64,000 nucleotides of DNA from an uncultured Mucilaginibacter sp. (GTDB lineage Bacteria > Bacteroidota > Bacteroidia > Sphingobacteriales > Sphingobacteriaceae): contig CAZTAU010000012.1 in NCBI GenBank assembly GCA_964611565.1, positions 25,000 through 88,999 of the forward strand, given 5' to 3'. Below the pieces are notes generated by a model, which ran no database searches, was not told where the DNA came from, and saw nothing but the letters and a program-made list of their open reading frames with translations. The position numbers and the translations under genes are program-made. Of the stretch, positions 1 through 10,094 are shown in pieces. Within the stretch, counting starts at the first letter, position 1. Each line of letters opens with the position of its first letter.

Positions 1-2675
1 GCCATTTGCATACGCTCCTCCAACGCTGTGTTCACCAGTTTATCATCATAAGCCGGGAAGGCGGCCAAATGCACAGATTCAAATGGCTCTTTGCCGGTTA
101 TGTTATTCAGGTCATTAAATAAACGGTCTGCAAAAAACGGCGCAATTGGCGACATTAGCTTGGCAACAGTAATCAAACAAGTATATAAAGTTTGATAAGC
201 CGATAACTTATCATCAGAGTTGTCCGACTTCCAGAAACGGCGACGGCTTAAACGTACGTACCAGTTGCTTAAATGGGCATCAACAAAATCCTGAATAGCG
301 CGCGCGGCTTTGGTAGGTTCAAAATCAGCATAAAAACCATCCACCTCGCGGCTTAGGGTATTTAATAAGGATATGATCCATTGATCAATCTCCGGGCGCT
401 GTGATAATTTAACCTCGGCTTCGCTGTATTTGAACTTGTCGATATTGGCATACATTACAAAAAATGTATACGTATTATGTAAAGTGCCGAAGAACTTGCG
501 GCGTACTTCGTCTATGCCCTCGGTATTAAACTTCAAATTATCCCAAGGGGCAGCATTACTTATCATATACCAACGCGGGGCATCAGCGCCAAACTGCTCA
601 ATGGTCTCAAAAGGGTCAACGCCATTCCCTAAACGTTTTGACATTTTGTTGCCGTTTTTATCCAGCACCAAACCGTTTGATATTACGTTTTTAAAGGCGA
701 TACCTTTATTGCCAATTTCAGCATTTATTTTCTTGATGTCATCGCTGGCCTCACTTAACATTACTGCTATGGCATGCAAGGTAAAGAACCAGCCACGGGT
801 TTGGTCAACACCTTCGGCAATAAAATCGGCAGGATAGGCTTTTTTAAACTTGTCCTCGTTTTCAAAAGGAAAGTGCCATTGCGCATACGGCATGGCACCG
901 CTATCAAACCAAACATCTATCAGGTCGGGCTCGCGGTACATTTTTTTGCCTGCGGCAGATACCAATATAATATCATCCACATACGGGCGGTGCAGGTCGC
1001 TCATGTCAAATTCCTTTGGCATAAAGCCTTTGGCTACCGCTTTACCTATTTCTATTTGCAATTCCTCTATCGAGCCAATGCAAATTTCTTCCGATCCATC
1101 TTCCTCACGCCAAATAGGCAATGGTGTGCCCCAAAAACGTGAGCGCGAAAGATTCCAGTCAACCAAATTTTCCAGCCAGTTGCCAAAGCGGCCAGTTCCG
1201 GTCGATTCCGGTTTCCAGTTGATGGTTTTGTTCAACGCCACCATTTTATCCTTAACGGCGGTGGTTTTTACAAACCAGCTATCTAACGGGTAATATAAAA
1301 TAGGCTCGTCGCTTCGCCACGAGTGCGGGTAGCTGTGCTCATATTTTTTTACATCAAATGCTTTGTTTTCGGTTTTTAGTTTGATAGATATCAATACATC
1401 AGTCGGCTTAAAACCTTCTACCGCACGTTCGGCATCGCTATAATATTCTTCTTTAACGTAAAAACCTGCAAAATCAGTAACCTCGGCTACAAAGCGGCCC
1501 TGTTTGTCGACAAGCGGGGCGTCTTTTCCGGCTTCATCTTTAACCAAAATAGCAGGCACGCCCGCTTCTTTAGCTGCTCTAAAGTCATCCGCGCCAAATG
1601 TTGGTGCAATATGCACTATGCCGGTACCATCCTCGGTAGTAACAAAATCTCCCGGTATAACACGGAAAGCGTTTTTCTCCAGTTCGGCATTGGTTACATA
1701 AGGCAACAGTTGTTCATAATGTATGCCTACAAGTTGGGCACCTTTGTATGTTCCTTTTACAGCCCAAGGGATAACTTTATCGCCGGGTTTATAATCTTCA
1801 AACAAAGCATTTTCTGCATCGGCTTTAAAATATTTGCTAACGAGATCCTTTGCCAATACTACCGTAATAGGGGTAAAAGTATAAGGGTTAAACGTGCTTA
1901 TTTTAACGTAATCTATCTTTTCGCCAACGGCTAATGCACTATTTGATGGTAAGGTCCATGGGGTGGTGGTCCAGGCTAAAATAAATACGTCGGTATTAAT
2001 CCCTTCAAATAAAAATGCCGAGTCGTTATCCTTTTTAACTTTAAACTGTGCGGTAATGGTAGTATCCTTTACCATTTTATAGGTGCCCGGCTGGTTCAGC
2101 TCATGCGAGCTTAAGCCGGTGCCCGATTTTGGCGAGTAAGGCTGAATGGTATAGCCTTTATATAAAAAGCCTTTATTGTGTAATTGCTTTAGTATCCACC
2201 AAAGCGATTCAATGTATTCGTTTTTATAGGTAATGTACGGGTCTGCAAGGTCAACCCAGTAACCCATTTTTTCGGTCAGGTCGTTCCAAACATCGGTATA
2301 CCGCATTACCTCCTTGCGGCAGGCATCGTTATATTCTTTAACGGTTATTTTTTTACCGATATCGTCTTTAGTAATTCCTAATGCTTTTTCAACGGCTAAC
2401 TCAATTGGCAGTCCGTGGGTATCCCACCCGCCTTTACGCTTAACGCGGTAACCTTTAAGGGTTTTATAACGGCAAAAAATATCTTTAATAGCACGCGCCA
2501 TTACGTGGTGTATGCCGGGCATACCATTGGCACTTGGCGGACCTTCGTAAAATGTATACGGGTTATCTTCCGGGCGGCTGCTGATGCTTTTTTCGAAGAT
2601 GTTATTCTGCTTCCAAAACTCCAGTATCTCTTTGCCTGTTTGCGATAGGTTTAACTGCTTATATTCCTTGTACAT
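1..2675 (-). CDS. ileS: Isoleucine--tRNA ligase, type II (3' end outside window)
   Basis: Missing from the ORF track because it runs off the edge. Manual translation from ATG 2675 gives MYKEYKQLNL...FYEGPPSANGMPGIHHVMARAIKDIFCRYKT; KMSKR motif at 633-647; WTTTPWTLPSN and DWNLSRSRFWGTPLP motifs also readable. Confidence 0.97.
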   Translation of the reverse strand, partial: MYKEYKQLNLSQTGKEILEFWKQNNIFEKSISSRPEDNPYTFYEGPPSANGMPGIHHVMARAIKDIFCRYKTLKGYRVKRKGGWDTHGLPIELAVEKALGITKDDIGKKITVKEYNDACRKEVMRYTDVWNDLTEKMGYWVDLADPYITYKNEYIESLWWILKQLHNKGFLYKGYTIQPYSPKSGTGLSSHELNQPGTYKMVKDTTITAQFKVKKDNDSAFLFEGINTDVFILAWTTTPWTLPSNSALAVGEKIDYVKISTFNPYTFTPITVVLAKDLVSKYFKADAENALFEDYKPGDKVIPWAVKGTYKGAQLVGIHYEQLLPYVTNAELEKNAFRVIPGDFVTTEDGTGIVHIAPTFGADDFRAAKEAGVPAILVKDEAGKDAPLVDKQGRFVAEVTDFAGFYVKEEYYSDAERAVEGFKPTDVLISIKLKTENKAFDVKKYEHSYPHSWRSDEPILYYPLDSWFVKTTAVKDKMVALNKTINWKPESTGTGRFGNWLENLVDWNLSRSRFWGTPLPIWREEDGSEEICIGSIEELQIEIGKAVAKGFMPKEFDMSDLHRPYVDDIILVSAAGKKMYREPDLIDVWFDSGAMPYAQWHFPFENEDKFKKAYPADFIAEGVDQTRGWFFTLHAIAVMLSEASDDIKKINAEIGNKGIAFKNVISNGLVLDKNGNKMSKRLGNGVDPFETIEQFGADAPRWYMISNAAPWDNLKFNTEGIDEVRRKFFGTLHNTYTFFVMYANIDKFKYSEAEVKLSQRPEIDQWIISLLNTLSREVDGFYADFEPTKAARAIQDFVDAHLSNWYVRLSRRRFWKSDNSDDKLSAYQTLYTCLITVAKLMSPIAPFFADRLFNDLNNITGKEPFESVHLAAFPAYDDKLVNTALEERMQM

Positions 2676-2708
2676 TAATATTTACCTCACCTCAATTTTT
2701 AGAGGTTG

Positions 2709-2716
2709 CAAAAATA
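2709..2716 (-). promoter_or_regulatory. Bacteroidota -7 promoter element of ileS
   Basis: TATTTTTG matches TAnnTTTG, 33 nt upstream of the ATG. Confidence 0.6.
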
Positions 2717-2804
2717 CTAAAATTATCATATTTAACCGCTCATATTTAACTTGTTGATATACGGATTTAAAAAACTACATTTATATAACCTATATCACAC
2801 AATT

Positions 2805-3425
2805 ATGAAAACCCTTTATTTTTTTATCTCTTTTTTACTTTTTGCCGTGATTTTTTATGCGTGTAAAGGGCCGGCCCTTAATGAAAATTCCGCCACCCTT
2901 AAAAATGCACCTGTTACTACTAATACAATATTGGCTACTGATACAACCACTTTGTATAGAAGTAGCGACGAATATATTGATTGGAACAATGTGCGTATAA
3001 ATGGCGTACTTCCACCAATAGGCACAACTAAATTGTTGTATAAAGCTTTAGGCAAGCCGGATAGTATAATTACTCCGAATATCGAATGTGCTTCTTTTTA
3101 CGATAAGGCTTATAAAACTGCTTATTTTAAAGGTAGTAGTTTTGAATTATATGGGGATACAGTTATAATTAGCACAATAAATTTTAAACAATCAGGCATG
3201 ACACTTACAGCCGGAAAACTTGTCCTAAACGGTAACACTACTCTTGCAGATATCGCCAAAGTTTTTCCGAACGCCGTTAAAGACAAGTCAAATGTGGTGG
3301 TAGACACTTTTGGAGAAGTTATATCAATTAGTGTAAATACTGGTAAAACGCTCGCGGATGATGCCTGGGAGCTAATGTTCAAAGACGGAAAACTGGTGCA
3401 GATGGATTATTGGACGCCTTGTTAA
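2805..3425 (+). CDS. Hypothetical lipoprotein
   Basis: MKTLYFFISFLLFAVIFYA-C lipobox-like signal; ATG 2805 preferred over upstream TTG. Confidence 0.75.
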   Translation: MKTLYFFISFLLFAVIFYACKGPALNENSATLKNAPVTTNTILATDTTTLYRSSDEYIDWNNVRINGVLPPIGTTKLLYKALGKPDSIITPNIECASFYDKAYKTAYFKGSSFELYGDTVIISTINFKQSGMTLTAGKLVLNGNTTLADIAKVFPNAVKDKSNVVVDTFGEVISISVNTGKTLADDAWELMFKDGKLVQMDYWTPC

Positions 3426-3428
3426 TAT

Positions 3429-4205
3429 TTAATAAATAGACCTGCTCGCCCCGCCATCAACCGGAATAGTGGCCCCGGTAATGTAAGCCGCATGTTCTGA
3501 TGCTAAAAAAGCCACGGTTGCGGCCAGTTCTTCGGGTTTGCCAATGCGGCCCAGCGGAATATTTTTAGCGCGTTGTTTTAAGTTTTCTTCAGGATCAATA
3601 CCCGGCGAAACGGTTTTGGTAATCCGCTCGGTAAGCATAGTGCCCGGCGCTACGTTATTAACAGTAATATTATACGGGGCAAACTCATCCGCCATCATTT
3701 TAGCCAAACCTATTACGCCCATGCGCATACTGGTGGATAGTACCGAACCCGCCAACACTGATTTTACAGATACACTTATCACATTAATAATACGCCCGCT
3801 GCCGCTTTTGCGCAGATGTGGTAATGCTAAACGGCTGGCACGGGCAACACTTAATAAATTCAGTTCAAACGCTTTTTGCCAGTCGGCTTCATCAAAGTTT
3901 TCAAATTTATCAAATGGTGGTCCACCGGCATTGTTTAATAATATATCTATCCTTCCAAAAGCGGCGGCGGCTTTTTCCATAAAGTTTTCCATCTGCGCGG
4001 CATTAGTAACATCAACCCGTATGGCTACCACTTCATTGCCGGTAAGCTGTTGTATCTCGCGGGCGGTTTGGCTCAACTCTTTTTCATCGCGCGAGCCAAT
4101 AATAACTTTTGCGCCTTCGGCAGATAGGGAGGTAGCTATGGCCCTGCCCAAACCTTTACTGGCGGCTAATACTACGGCTACTTTATTGGTGAGTTTTAGA
4201 TCCAT
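3429..4205 (-). CDS. SDR family oxidoreductase
   Basis: AASKGLG Rossmann variant, NNAGG, NNVAPG and VDGG motifs. Confidence 0.9.
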   Translation of the reverse strand: MDLKLTNKVAVVLAASKGLGRAIATSLSAEGAKVIIGSRDEKELSQTAREIQQLTGNEVVAIRVDVTNAAQMENFMEKAAAAFGRIDILLNNAGGPPFDKFENFDEADWQKAFELNLLSVARASRLALPHLRKSGSGRIINVISVSVKSVLAGSVLSTSMRMGVIGLAKMMADEFAPYNITVNNVAPGTMLTERITKTVSPGIDPEENLKQRAKNIPLGRIGKPEELAATVAFLASEHAAYITGATIPVDGGASRSIY

Positions 4206-4336
4206 AATGCGAAGATAAGGGTTAATGATTAGTTGTGAAATTACTCACGCCGACAAGCGACGCAAAGACCGGGTGAGTCGGACAGTGGATTTGCTGATCT
4301 TTTGGTTAATTTTGACAGTAACATCTATAAAAATTT

Positions 4337-5059
4337 ATGCTGCATAAAACCCGGGGTATTGTATTTAAAACAACTGATTATGGCGAAAGCAGCGTTATTG
4401 TGCAAATATTTACTGAAAAATTTGGACTGCAATCATATATCATCAACGCGGTAAAAAAGCCCAAAGCCAAAATCAGCCGTAATATGCTACAGCCCCTGCA
4501 TTTGCTGGATATGGTGGTGTATCATAAGGCAACAGGCAATGTACAGCGCATAGCCGAATTGAAGAACGCACCTTTATTGCAAACTATACCGTACGATGTA
4601 ATAAAAAGCTGCCTGGCAATTTTTTTAAATGAAGTGCTGCACAAATCAGTAAAGCAGCAAACTGCCGAGGAAAGCTTATTTGATTTTGTTTTTAACGCCA
4701 TTGAGTGGCTTGATCATCAAACCACGGGATTAGCTAATTTTCATTTGCTTTTTTTAACCCGGCTTACCCGTTACCTGGGCTTTTACCCGGATAAATATCC
4801 AACCGGAGATGCAGAGTATTTCGACATGAAGAACGGCAATTTTACCCGTTATAAACCTCAAACAGCCTATTTATCGCCGCCACATACGCAAAACTTTAGT
4901 TTGCTGCTGCAATGTACTTTTGAAACCCTGCCGGCATTAAAATTTACCAATGATGAGCGAAGGTATTTATTGGCTAAACTGTTAGAATATTATGCCTTGC
5001 ATATTGAGGGATTTGGTAATATCCGTTCGCACGAAGTATTAGAAGAGGTGTTAGGGTAA
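4337..5059 (+). CDS. recO: DNA repair protein RecO
   Basis: MLHKTRGIVFKTTDYGESSVIV N-terminal OB fold; TRYLGFYP; C-terminal SHEVLEEVL typical of Bacteroidota RecO. Confidence 0.95.
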   Translation: MLHKTRGIVFKTTDYGESSVIVQIFTEKFGLQSYIINAVKKPKAKISRNMLQPLHLLDMVVYHKATGNVQRIAELKNAPLLQTIPYDVIKSCLAIFLNEVLHKSVKQQTAEESLFDFVFNAIEWLDHQTTGLANFHLLFLTRLTRYLGFYPDKYPTGDAEYFDMKNGNFTRYKPQTAYLSPPHTQNFSLLLQCTFETLPALKFTNDERRYLLAKLLEYYALHIEGFGNIRSHEVLEEVLG

Positions 5060-5060
5060 A

Positions 5061-5093
5061 AGACTTACGAAGTAGCATAAACTTCGTAAGTCT
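5061..5093. repeat. REP-like palindrome / bidirectional terminator between convergent genes
   Basis: AGACTTACGAAGT-agcataa-ACTTCGTAAGTCT, perfect 13-bp stem. Confidence 0.75.
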
Positions 5094-5104
5094 ATGGGTT
5101 TTAA

Positions 5105-5347
5105 TTACCCTAAAATTTGTTTTTTAATAAAGTCAATGCTCGAGTCGGGGATATCGTTTCCATCGGTTTGTGTTAGCGAACCATCGGCATTAATTTTAAG
5201 TGTCGCGTTTATATTGTCATCAATATTTACGTGTAAAATAGTTTGTTCTTTTTCTACCCGGCAAACTACTTCGCGCCCTGAGTAAAATATTTTAAACTCA
5301 TATTTTCCGTCTTTCTCGGCGGGGGTAATATCTTGCGTATCCATCAT
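5105..5347 (-). CDS. Small hypothetical protein
   Basis: 80-aa ORF with protein-like composition, convergent on recO. Confidence 0.7.
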   Translation of the reverse strand: MMDTQDITPAEKDGKYEFKIFYSGREVVCRVEKEQTILHVNIDDNINATLKINADGSLTQTDGNDIPDSSIDFIKKQILG

Positions 5348-5433
5348 GGCTTAGTGTTTTCTTTTATAACACTATAAACAGGGGTATGTTTATTAATTGA
5401 TAAAATTTTAATGAATACGGAAGTTTGAAACAT

Positions 5434-5465
5434 AAAAAAGGAGGCTTTTGCAAACCTCCTTTTTT
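5434..5465. terminator. Intrinsic terminator
   Basis: AAAAAAGGAGG...CCTCCTTTTTT stem with T-tracts on both strands. Confidence 0.8.
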
Positions 5466-5615
5466 AATTAACTGACTTATTATTTACCATAAAGAACAAT
5501 TGGTTAGTTCGATAACATAACAATTAACCAAATATAAAGCCTATAGAAATAATAGTGTAATTTTTAACGTATTTTAACATATGTATTTATCAATATCCTT
5601 GTGGTTATTAACACT

Positions 5616-7091
5616 TTAAGGGTTAATAATGTATCTTAAAGAAAATCGCAGATAAGGATAGCGGTTAGTATCATCAGGCAAGTCCCTATAATTACGGCTT
5701 AAAACATAATAGCCCGATTCTGCCGCTAACGACAGATTGTCCAGGCATTTATAACTCACCTCGTTGGTAAGCGCATGTAAAAAATAATTGGATGCAGCCC
5801 CGTTTACTGTTTTGGTCACCGCACCGCGATAGCTAAGGGTGTAATTAAATCTGTCCAAAATGGTTACACCCCCATTAACATCAAAGGCTACGCCCGGGCC
5901 ATAATCATAACTGCGCCCTGTAATAGGGTGATAGCTGGGTATGGCTGATAGTAATATAGGGCCTGCACCTACAGCAGTATTGATCTTTACTTTTTCATGA
6001 AGCTCGACTTTTGAATACAGGTTAATTTGAACGCTTTGTCCCCCATAAAAGAAAGATGAGTTACGTATGTAATCATAATTGGCAGATAGTATGGCTAAAT
6101 GCTGAAACTGCCCCTTCGACTTTATGGGCCAGCCCGCAATGGATCCATATACGGCTAAGTTATTTACCAAAGTGCTGTCATCTTTGCCAACCTCCAACAA
6201 TACGGAAATATTACTAAAGGGCTTTCTATAATCAAGGTAGGGTGTTCCATACAACATCCTTGCCCGGCCATACCAACCAAAGCCACCACCTTTAAATGGG
6301 TTGACACTTCCTGAGCCAAACCTGCGTAGCCCAATATCTACTTCGGCACTAAGTTTTGATGAATCCCTGTCCGCCGTGTTGGCGCTATATTTACCCCATT
6401 TGCCATCCATTATGCGGTTTAAACCATTCATGGGGTTCATTATAAATCCTGCCACCTCGCTAATTTGTCTTTTAAATCCACGACTGCGGTTATCTATAAT
6501 TTTATTGGCTAAGCGGTGAGTCATTTCACCCAATACTATACCACCAAAACTGGTATTAATAAAATCATTTATTGAAGGAGGTTCATTTTCGGCAAAAGTT
6601 TCCCAAAGATAACTACCGGCAACAGCTGCCGGAGCGGATTGCCAAAAGCTATAGCCATTGCTACGAAAGGAGTTGTAAAATAACGATCCATGAAATGGGT
6701 GCCCAAATTGGTTGGTTTGAAACTCGTCTTTGTCCCACCACCAGTTAGCCGGGTTTACATTGCGCTTGGTAGTTTGCCAGGTTATTCTGGTAAAATCAGC
6801 ATGGCGTACCCATTGGTTAAATGAATATACTCCTAATTCCATGCCCGCTAATTCGAGATATGCCCGGGTGGGGTTTTTTGGGGTAGGGTGCTGCTGCTCA
6901 AAAAGGCGCCTGTTTTGGCGATTTAGCCTGCGCAAAACACTTGCAGGTGTATCAGGAATGGCTTCAGTATAAGGCATTGGCATTTGCTGCGCAAATGCAT
7001 CTGCACCAAGTATTAAAAAAAATAAACAAATAACAATCCTTTGCAGGATAGTACTTAGCGGATGTTTTTTTAAAAAGTAGATAGTTGTCAA
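5616..7091 (-). CDS. DUF3943-domain outer-membrane protein
   Basis: WWWDKDEFQTNQFGHPFHGSLFYNSFRSNG and PSINDFINTSFGG motifs; beta-strand-rich C-terminus ending in an aromatic pattern; start uncertain. Confidence 0.8.
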   Translation of the reverse strand: MTTIYFLKKHPLSTILQRIVICLFFLILGADAFAQQMPMPYTEAIPDTPASVLRRLNRQNRRLFEQQHPTPKNPTRAYLELAGMELGVYSFNQWVRHADFTRITWQTTKRNVNPANWWWDKDEFQTNQFGHPFHGSLFYNSFRSNGYSFWQSAPAAVAGSYLWETFAENEPPSINDFINTSFGGIVLGEMTHRLANKIIDNRSRGFKRQISEVAGFIMNPMNGLNRIMDGKWGKYSANTADRDSSKLSAEVDIGLRRFGSGSVNPFKGGGFGWYGRARMLYGTPYLDYRKPFSNISVLLEVGKDDSTLVNNLAVYGSIAGWPIKSKGQFQHLAILSANYDYIRNSSFFYGGQSVQINLYSKVELHEKVKINTAVGAGPILLSAIPSYHPITGRSYDYGPGVAFDVNGGVTILDRFNYTLSYRGAVTKTVNGAASNYFLHALTNEVSYKCLDNLSLAAESGYYVLSRNYRDLPDDTNRYPYLRFSLRYIINP

Positions 7092-7409
7092 GCTAAATAA
7101 ATTAAGGGTTCAGTAGTATCATAGCAACTTAATTAAATGCCTTTTGTTTTTTATGGGATGAAAAATCTGAGAATTATTATCCAGCCCAACATATTATAAT
7201 AGGGTATAAAAAAATTGTAATCGATGTCAATAAATAACTGTCAAATTGTTTTTTGGGCGCTAATTGTTTAATTAATGTAAATGTAACATTTATTAAATAA
7301 CTGATAATCAGGAAATTAATTTTTGCGACCTGCTATTGAAAAAAGCTATCCTCTATATATATTGTACTTCAATTAGTTAGCAACCAAAATCAGTTAAAAT
7401 AAAACAACA

Positions 7410-8990
7410 ATGAAAAGAATTTTAAGCGTGCTATTATTGGCATCAACTGGTGCCTTGGCACAAGGCCCTCCTGCAGCCGCTGTTGACCCCAACCATAAAA
7501 ACATGATGGAGCAATTGGGTATTAAGGCGTTGCGTCCCGGTCCAAGCGGTAATGAGCAAGCCCCCAATCATGCCAATTATGACGAGGCTTTAGCTAACCC
7601 ATATCCAAATTTACCCGAACTATTAACCCTAAACAACGGCAAAAAAGTTACCAATGCCGAGATGTGGAAACAGCGCCGTGCCGAAATTAAAGAGGATTTT
7701 GAGCGAGAAGTTATTGGCCGTGTGCCCAAAAATGTACCCGCTGTAACCTGGAAAGTTAAATTAACCGACAGAGAGGTATTTAACCGTGTGCCTATTATAG
7801 TTAAGCAATTGGTTGGGCACGTTGATAATTCGGCATACCCGGGTATTAATGTAGATATTGATGCTATGTTGGTTTTACCGACTAACGTAAAAGGACCAGT
7901 ACCTGTACTGATGATGTTTGGAGGTGGCGGTTTACCAGCACCAAGCCAGCCAACAGCCGCCGAAACCGAGAAAATAAATGCCGCTATAAAAAAACTATTA
8001 TTAAGTGCCGACCCATCTATACAAGCTATTTTAGATGTGCACCCTGCATGGCAGCCATTTGCGCCGCCCGCACCTACAGGTGGCTTTGGTTTTGGCCCGG
8101 CCCCGGCTCCTCGTGCTGAAACACCGGACGTTCCGGGCGTTCCGGGTGTAAATAACGATCCAAAATCACCAGAGCAATTACTTGCTGCTGGTTGGGGATA
8201 CATGACCATTAACCCCGGAAGCATACAAGCCGATAATGGTGCCGGTTTAACAAAAGGTATTATTGGTTTGGTAAACAAAGGCCAACCACGCAAACCCGAA
8301 GATTGGGGCTCGTTACGTGCATGGGCATGGGGTGCAGCCCGCGCGTTAGATTATTTAGAAGCCAATGAGCCTACGGTTGATGCTAAAAAAGTGGGTATAG
8401 AAGGTGTTTCGCGCTATGGTAAAGCGGCTTTAGTTACTTTAGCTTTTGAAGATCGTTTTGCTATGGCATTGGTGGGCTCATCGGGCGAGGGTGGCGCAAA
8501 ATTGCACCGCCGTAACTTTGGCGAAGCCGTTGAGAGTTTAACCGGAACGGGTGAGTATCACTGGATGGCCGGAAACTTTATGAAATACGGCGCGTCTGAC
8601 GCAACGTTTGGCGCAAAGACAGCTAAGGATATCCCTGTAGACGCGCATAGTTTAATTGCTTTGTGTGCGCCACGTTTAGCATTTATAAGCTATGGTATCC
8701 CCGAAAAAGGTGACGCCAAATGGCTTGATCAGCAAGGTAGCTATATGGCAACTGTAGCGGCAGGCAGCGTATATAAATTATTAGGCGCAAAGGACCTGGG
8801 TGTATCTAATGATTATAACAAAGAAAAAATGCCGCCGGTTAATACACCAATGTTAAACGGCGAGTTAGCGTGGCGCCAACATGACCAGGGCCACCAGGAC
8901 CAGGCTAATATGAAATGGTTCATTAAATGGGCCAATGAAAAAATTAGCTATAAACCAGAACCTTTAGCCGCGGGACCAAGAAGACCCTAA
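7410..8990 (+). CDS. CE15 family glucuronoyl/acetylxylan esterase, secreted
   Basis: Signal peptide; GVSRYGKAA nucleophile motif; WAWGAARALDYLE and SSGEGG motifs. Confidence 0.85.
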   Translation: MKRILSVLLLASTGALAQGPPAAAVDPNHKNMMEQLGIKALRPGPSGNEQAPNHANYDEALANPYPNLPELLTLNNGKKVTNAEMWKQRRAEIKEDFEREVIGRVPKNVPAVTWKVKLTDREVFNRVPIIVKQLVGHVDNSAYPGINVDIDAMLVLPTNVKGPVPVLMMFGGGGLPAPSQPTAAETEKINAAIKKLLLSADPSIQAILDVHPAWQPFAPPAPTGGFGFGPAPAPRAETPDVPGVPGVNNDPKSPEQLLAAGWGYMTINPGSIQADNGAGLTKGIIGLVNKGQPRKPEDWGSLRAWAWGAARALDYLEANEPTVDAKKVGIEGVSRYGKAALVTLAFEDRFAMALVGSSGEGGAKLHRRNFGEAVESLTGTGEYHWMAGNFMKYGASDATFGAKTAKDIPVDAHSLIALCAPRLAFISYGIPEKGDAKWLDQQGSYMATVAAGSVYKLLGAKDLGVSNDYNKEKMPPVNTPMLNGELAWRQHDQGHQDQANMKWFIKWANEKISYKPEPLAAGPRRP

Positions 8991-9003
8991 CTATTTATAA
9001 ATA

Positions 9004-9031
9004 AAAACAGCCGGTATTTGCCGGCTGTTTT
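9004..9031. terminator. Bidirectional intrinsic terminator
   Basis: AAAACAGCCGG-tatttg-CCGGCTGTTTT between convergent genes. Confidence 0.85.
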
Positions 9032-9052
9032 GTTTAAGTGCTTTTTATTTTA

Positions 9053-9805
9053 TTATTGGCGTTGTACTTTATAGCCCAGGCCAATATTTAAATTAATAAA
9101 TATATTGCTTTGCTTATTGTTGGGGCCGTTATTTAAATTGTAATTACCATCTACCTTCCAGTTACTGTTTGATGTTTGCAGGTAATAGCCCACCCTTACA
9201 CCAATAGGTATATAGCGGTGAATGGTATAATTGTCTATCTTTTTGTCTTTTACCCCGATCAAATAATCAAAGCCGCCGCCAAACTCTAAACCAAAGCGCG
9301 GGTTCCAGATGGTTTTGCTTGAAGTGGAGTTTAATAGCTCAGTTGAAAAATCAGACGTGCTTTGCATGCGCCTGTCATCACGTATGCGTAACATCGCATT
9401 TGAAAGATTGATACCTGCAAAAGGGAACAAACGCATATTTTCATCCTTTACCACATTATAACCCATGCGGCCATAAATTTGAAATTGGTTGTATTTGGCA
9501 TATATACCATTAGCCGTGTTAGGTGCCGAGGTAGAAGTAAAGCTTGCGCCAATACCATCCTCCGTTACCCATCTTTTATGCATATGGTTCATAGATAAGT
9601 TTAGCCAGTAGTTATTATCGGGCAATGATCGCAGTCCATTAGCATTTAAAATGCCGTTTAGCTGCCCCAGTTTGCTTTCGCGGTACATACCCTGTAGCTG
9701 CATAGTGCCCGATATCTCCTTACTCATTATTCTTTGCGCGTTGGCGCTGGTAACTGTCATTAAAATACCAATGGCAAAAAGTAACGTTTTTATAAAATTT
9801 TTCAT
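9053..9805 (-). CDS. Putative outer-membrane beta-barrel protein
   Basis: Signal peptide MKNFIKTLLFAIGILMTVTSANA (ATG 9805); amphipathic strands; C-terminal LNIGLGY. Confidence 0.7.
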   Translation of the reverse strand: MKNFIKTLLFAIGILMTVTSANAQRIMSKEISGTMQLQGMYRESKLGQLNGILNANGLRSLPDNNYWLNLSMNHMHKRWVTEDGIGASFTSTSAPNTANGIYAKYNQFQIYGRMGYNVVKDENMRLFPFAGINLSNAMLRIRDDRRMQSTSDFSTELLNSTSSKTIWNPRFGLEFGGGFDYLIGVKDKKIDNYTIHRYIPIGVRVGYYLQTSNSNWKVDGNYNLNNGPNNKQSNIFINLNIGLGYKVQRQ

Positions 9806-9910
9806 GGTTATGTTTTTATGGTATACGTAATAATGGCCAATGATGGTTTTTTGTTTGAGTGGGCCGGTGAGTTTATTACAACCTGTGGTACTTGTTGGCG
9901 GGAATGAAAC

Positions 9911-9940
9911 AAAAAAGCCCCACATTTCTGTGAGGCTTTA
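9911..9940 (-). terminator. Intrinsic terminator of tRNA-Val
   Basis: Minus strand AAAGCCTCACAG-AAA-TGTGGGGCTTTTTT immediately after the tRNA. Confidence 0.85.
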
Positions 9941-9942
9941 CG

Positions 9943-10017
9943 TGGGAGTTACTGGGTTCGAACCAGTGACCCTCTGCTTGTAAGGCAGATGCTCTGAACC
10001 AGCTGAGCTAAACTCCC
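9943..10017 (-). tRNA. tRNA-Val(TAC)
   Basis: GGGAGTTTAGCTCAGCTGGTTCAGAGCATCTGCCTTACAAGCAGAGGGTCACTGGTTCGAACCCAGTAACTCCCA: full cloverleaf, anticodon TAC, CCA not encoded. Confidence 0.98.
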
Positions 10018-10032
10018 GTCGTTTTGGGATTG

Positions 10033-10063
10033 CAAATATAGAATTCTGCGGCAACCCGTCAAA
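10033..10063 (-). promoter_or_regulatory. Consensus Bacteroidota housekeeping promoter for tRNA-Val
   Basis: TTTG-N19-TATATTTG. Confidence 0.85.
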
Positions 10064-10094
10064 ATAAATCTGAAAAAAGTGTAAAAGGCTTTTT

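Noticed and set aside
430-2648. Six + strand ORFs in the ORF track
   Set aside because: Antisense shadows of ileS, which occupies the minus strand continuously.
9943-10017. tRNA as an integration site for an island
   Set aside because: No integrase and no duplicated tRNA 3' end seen in the window; the native terminator follows directly.
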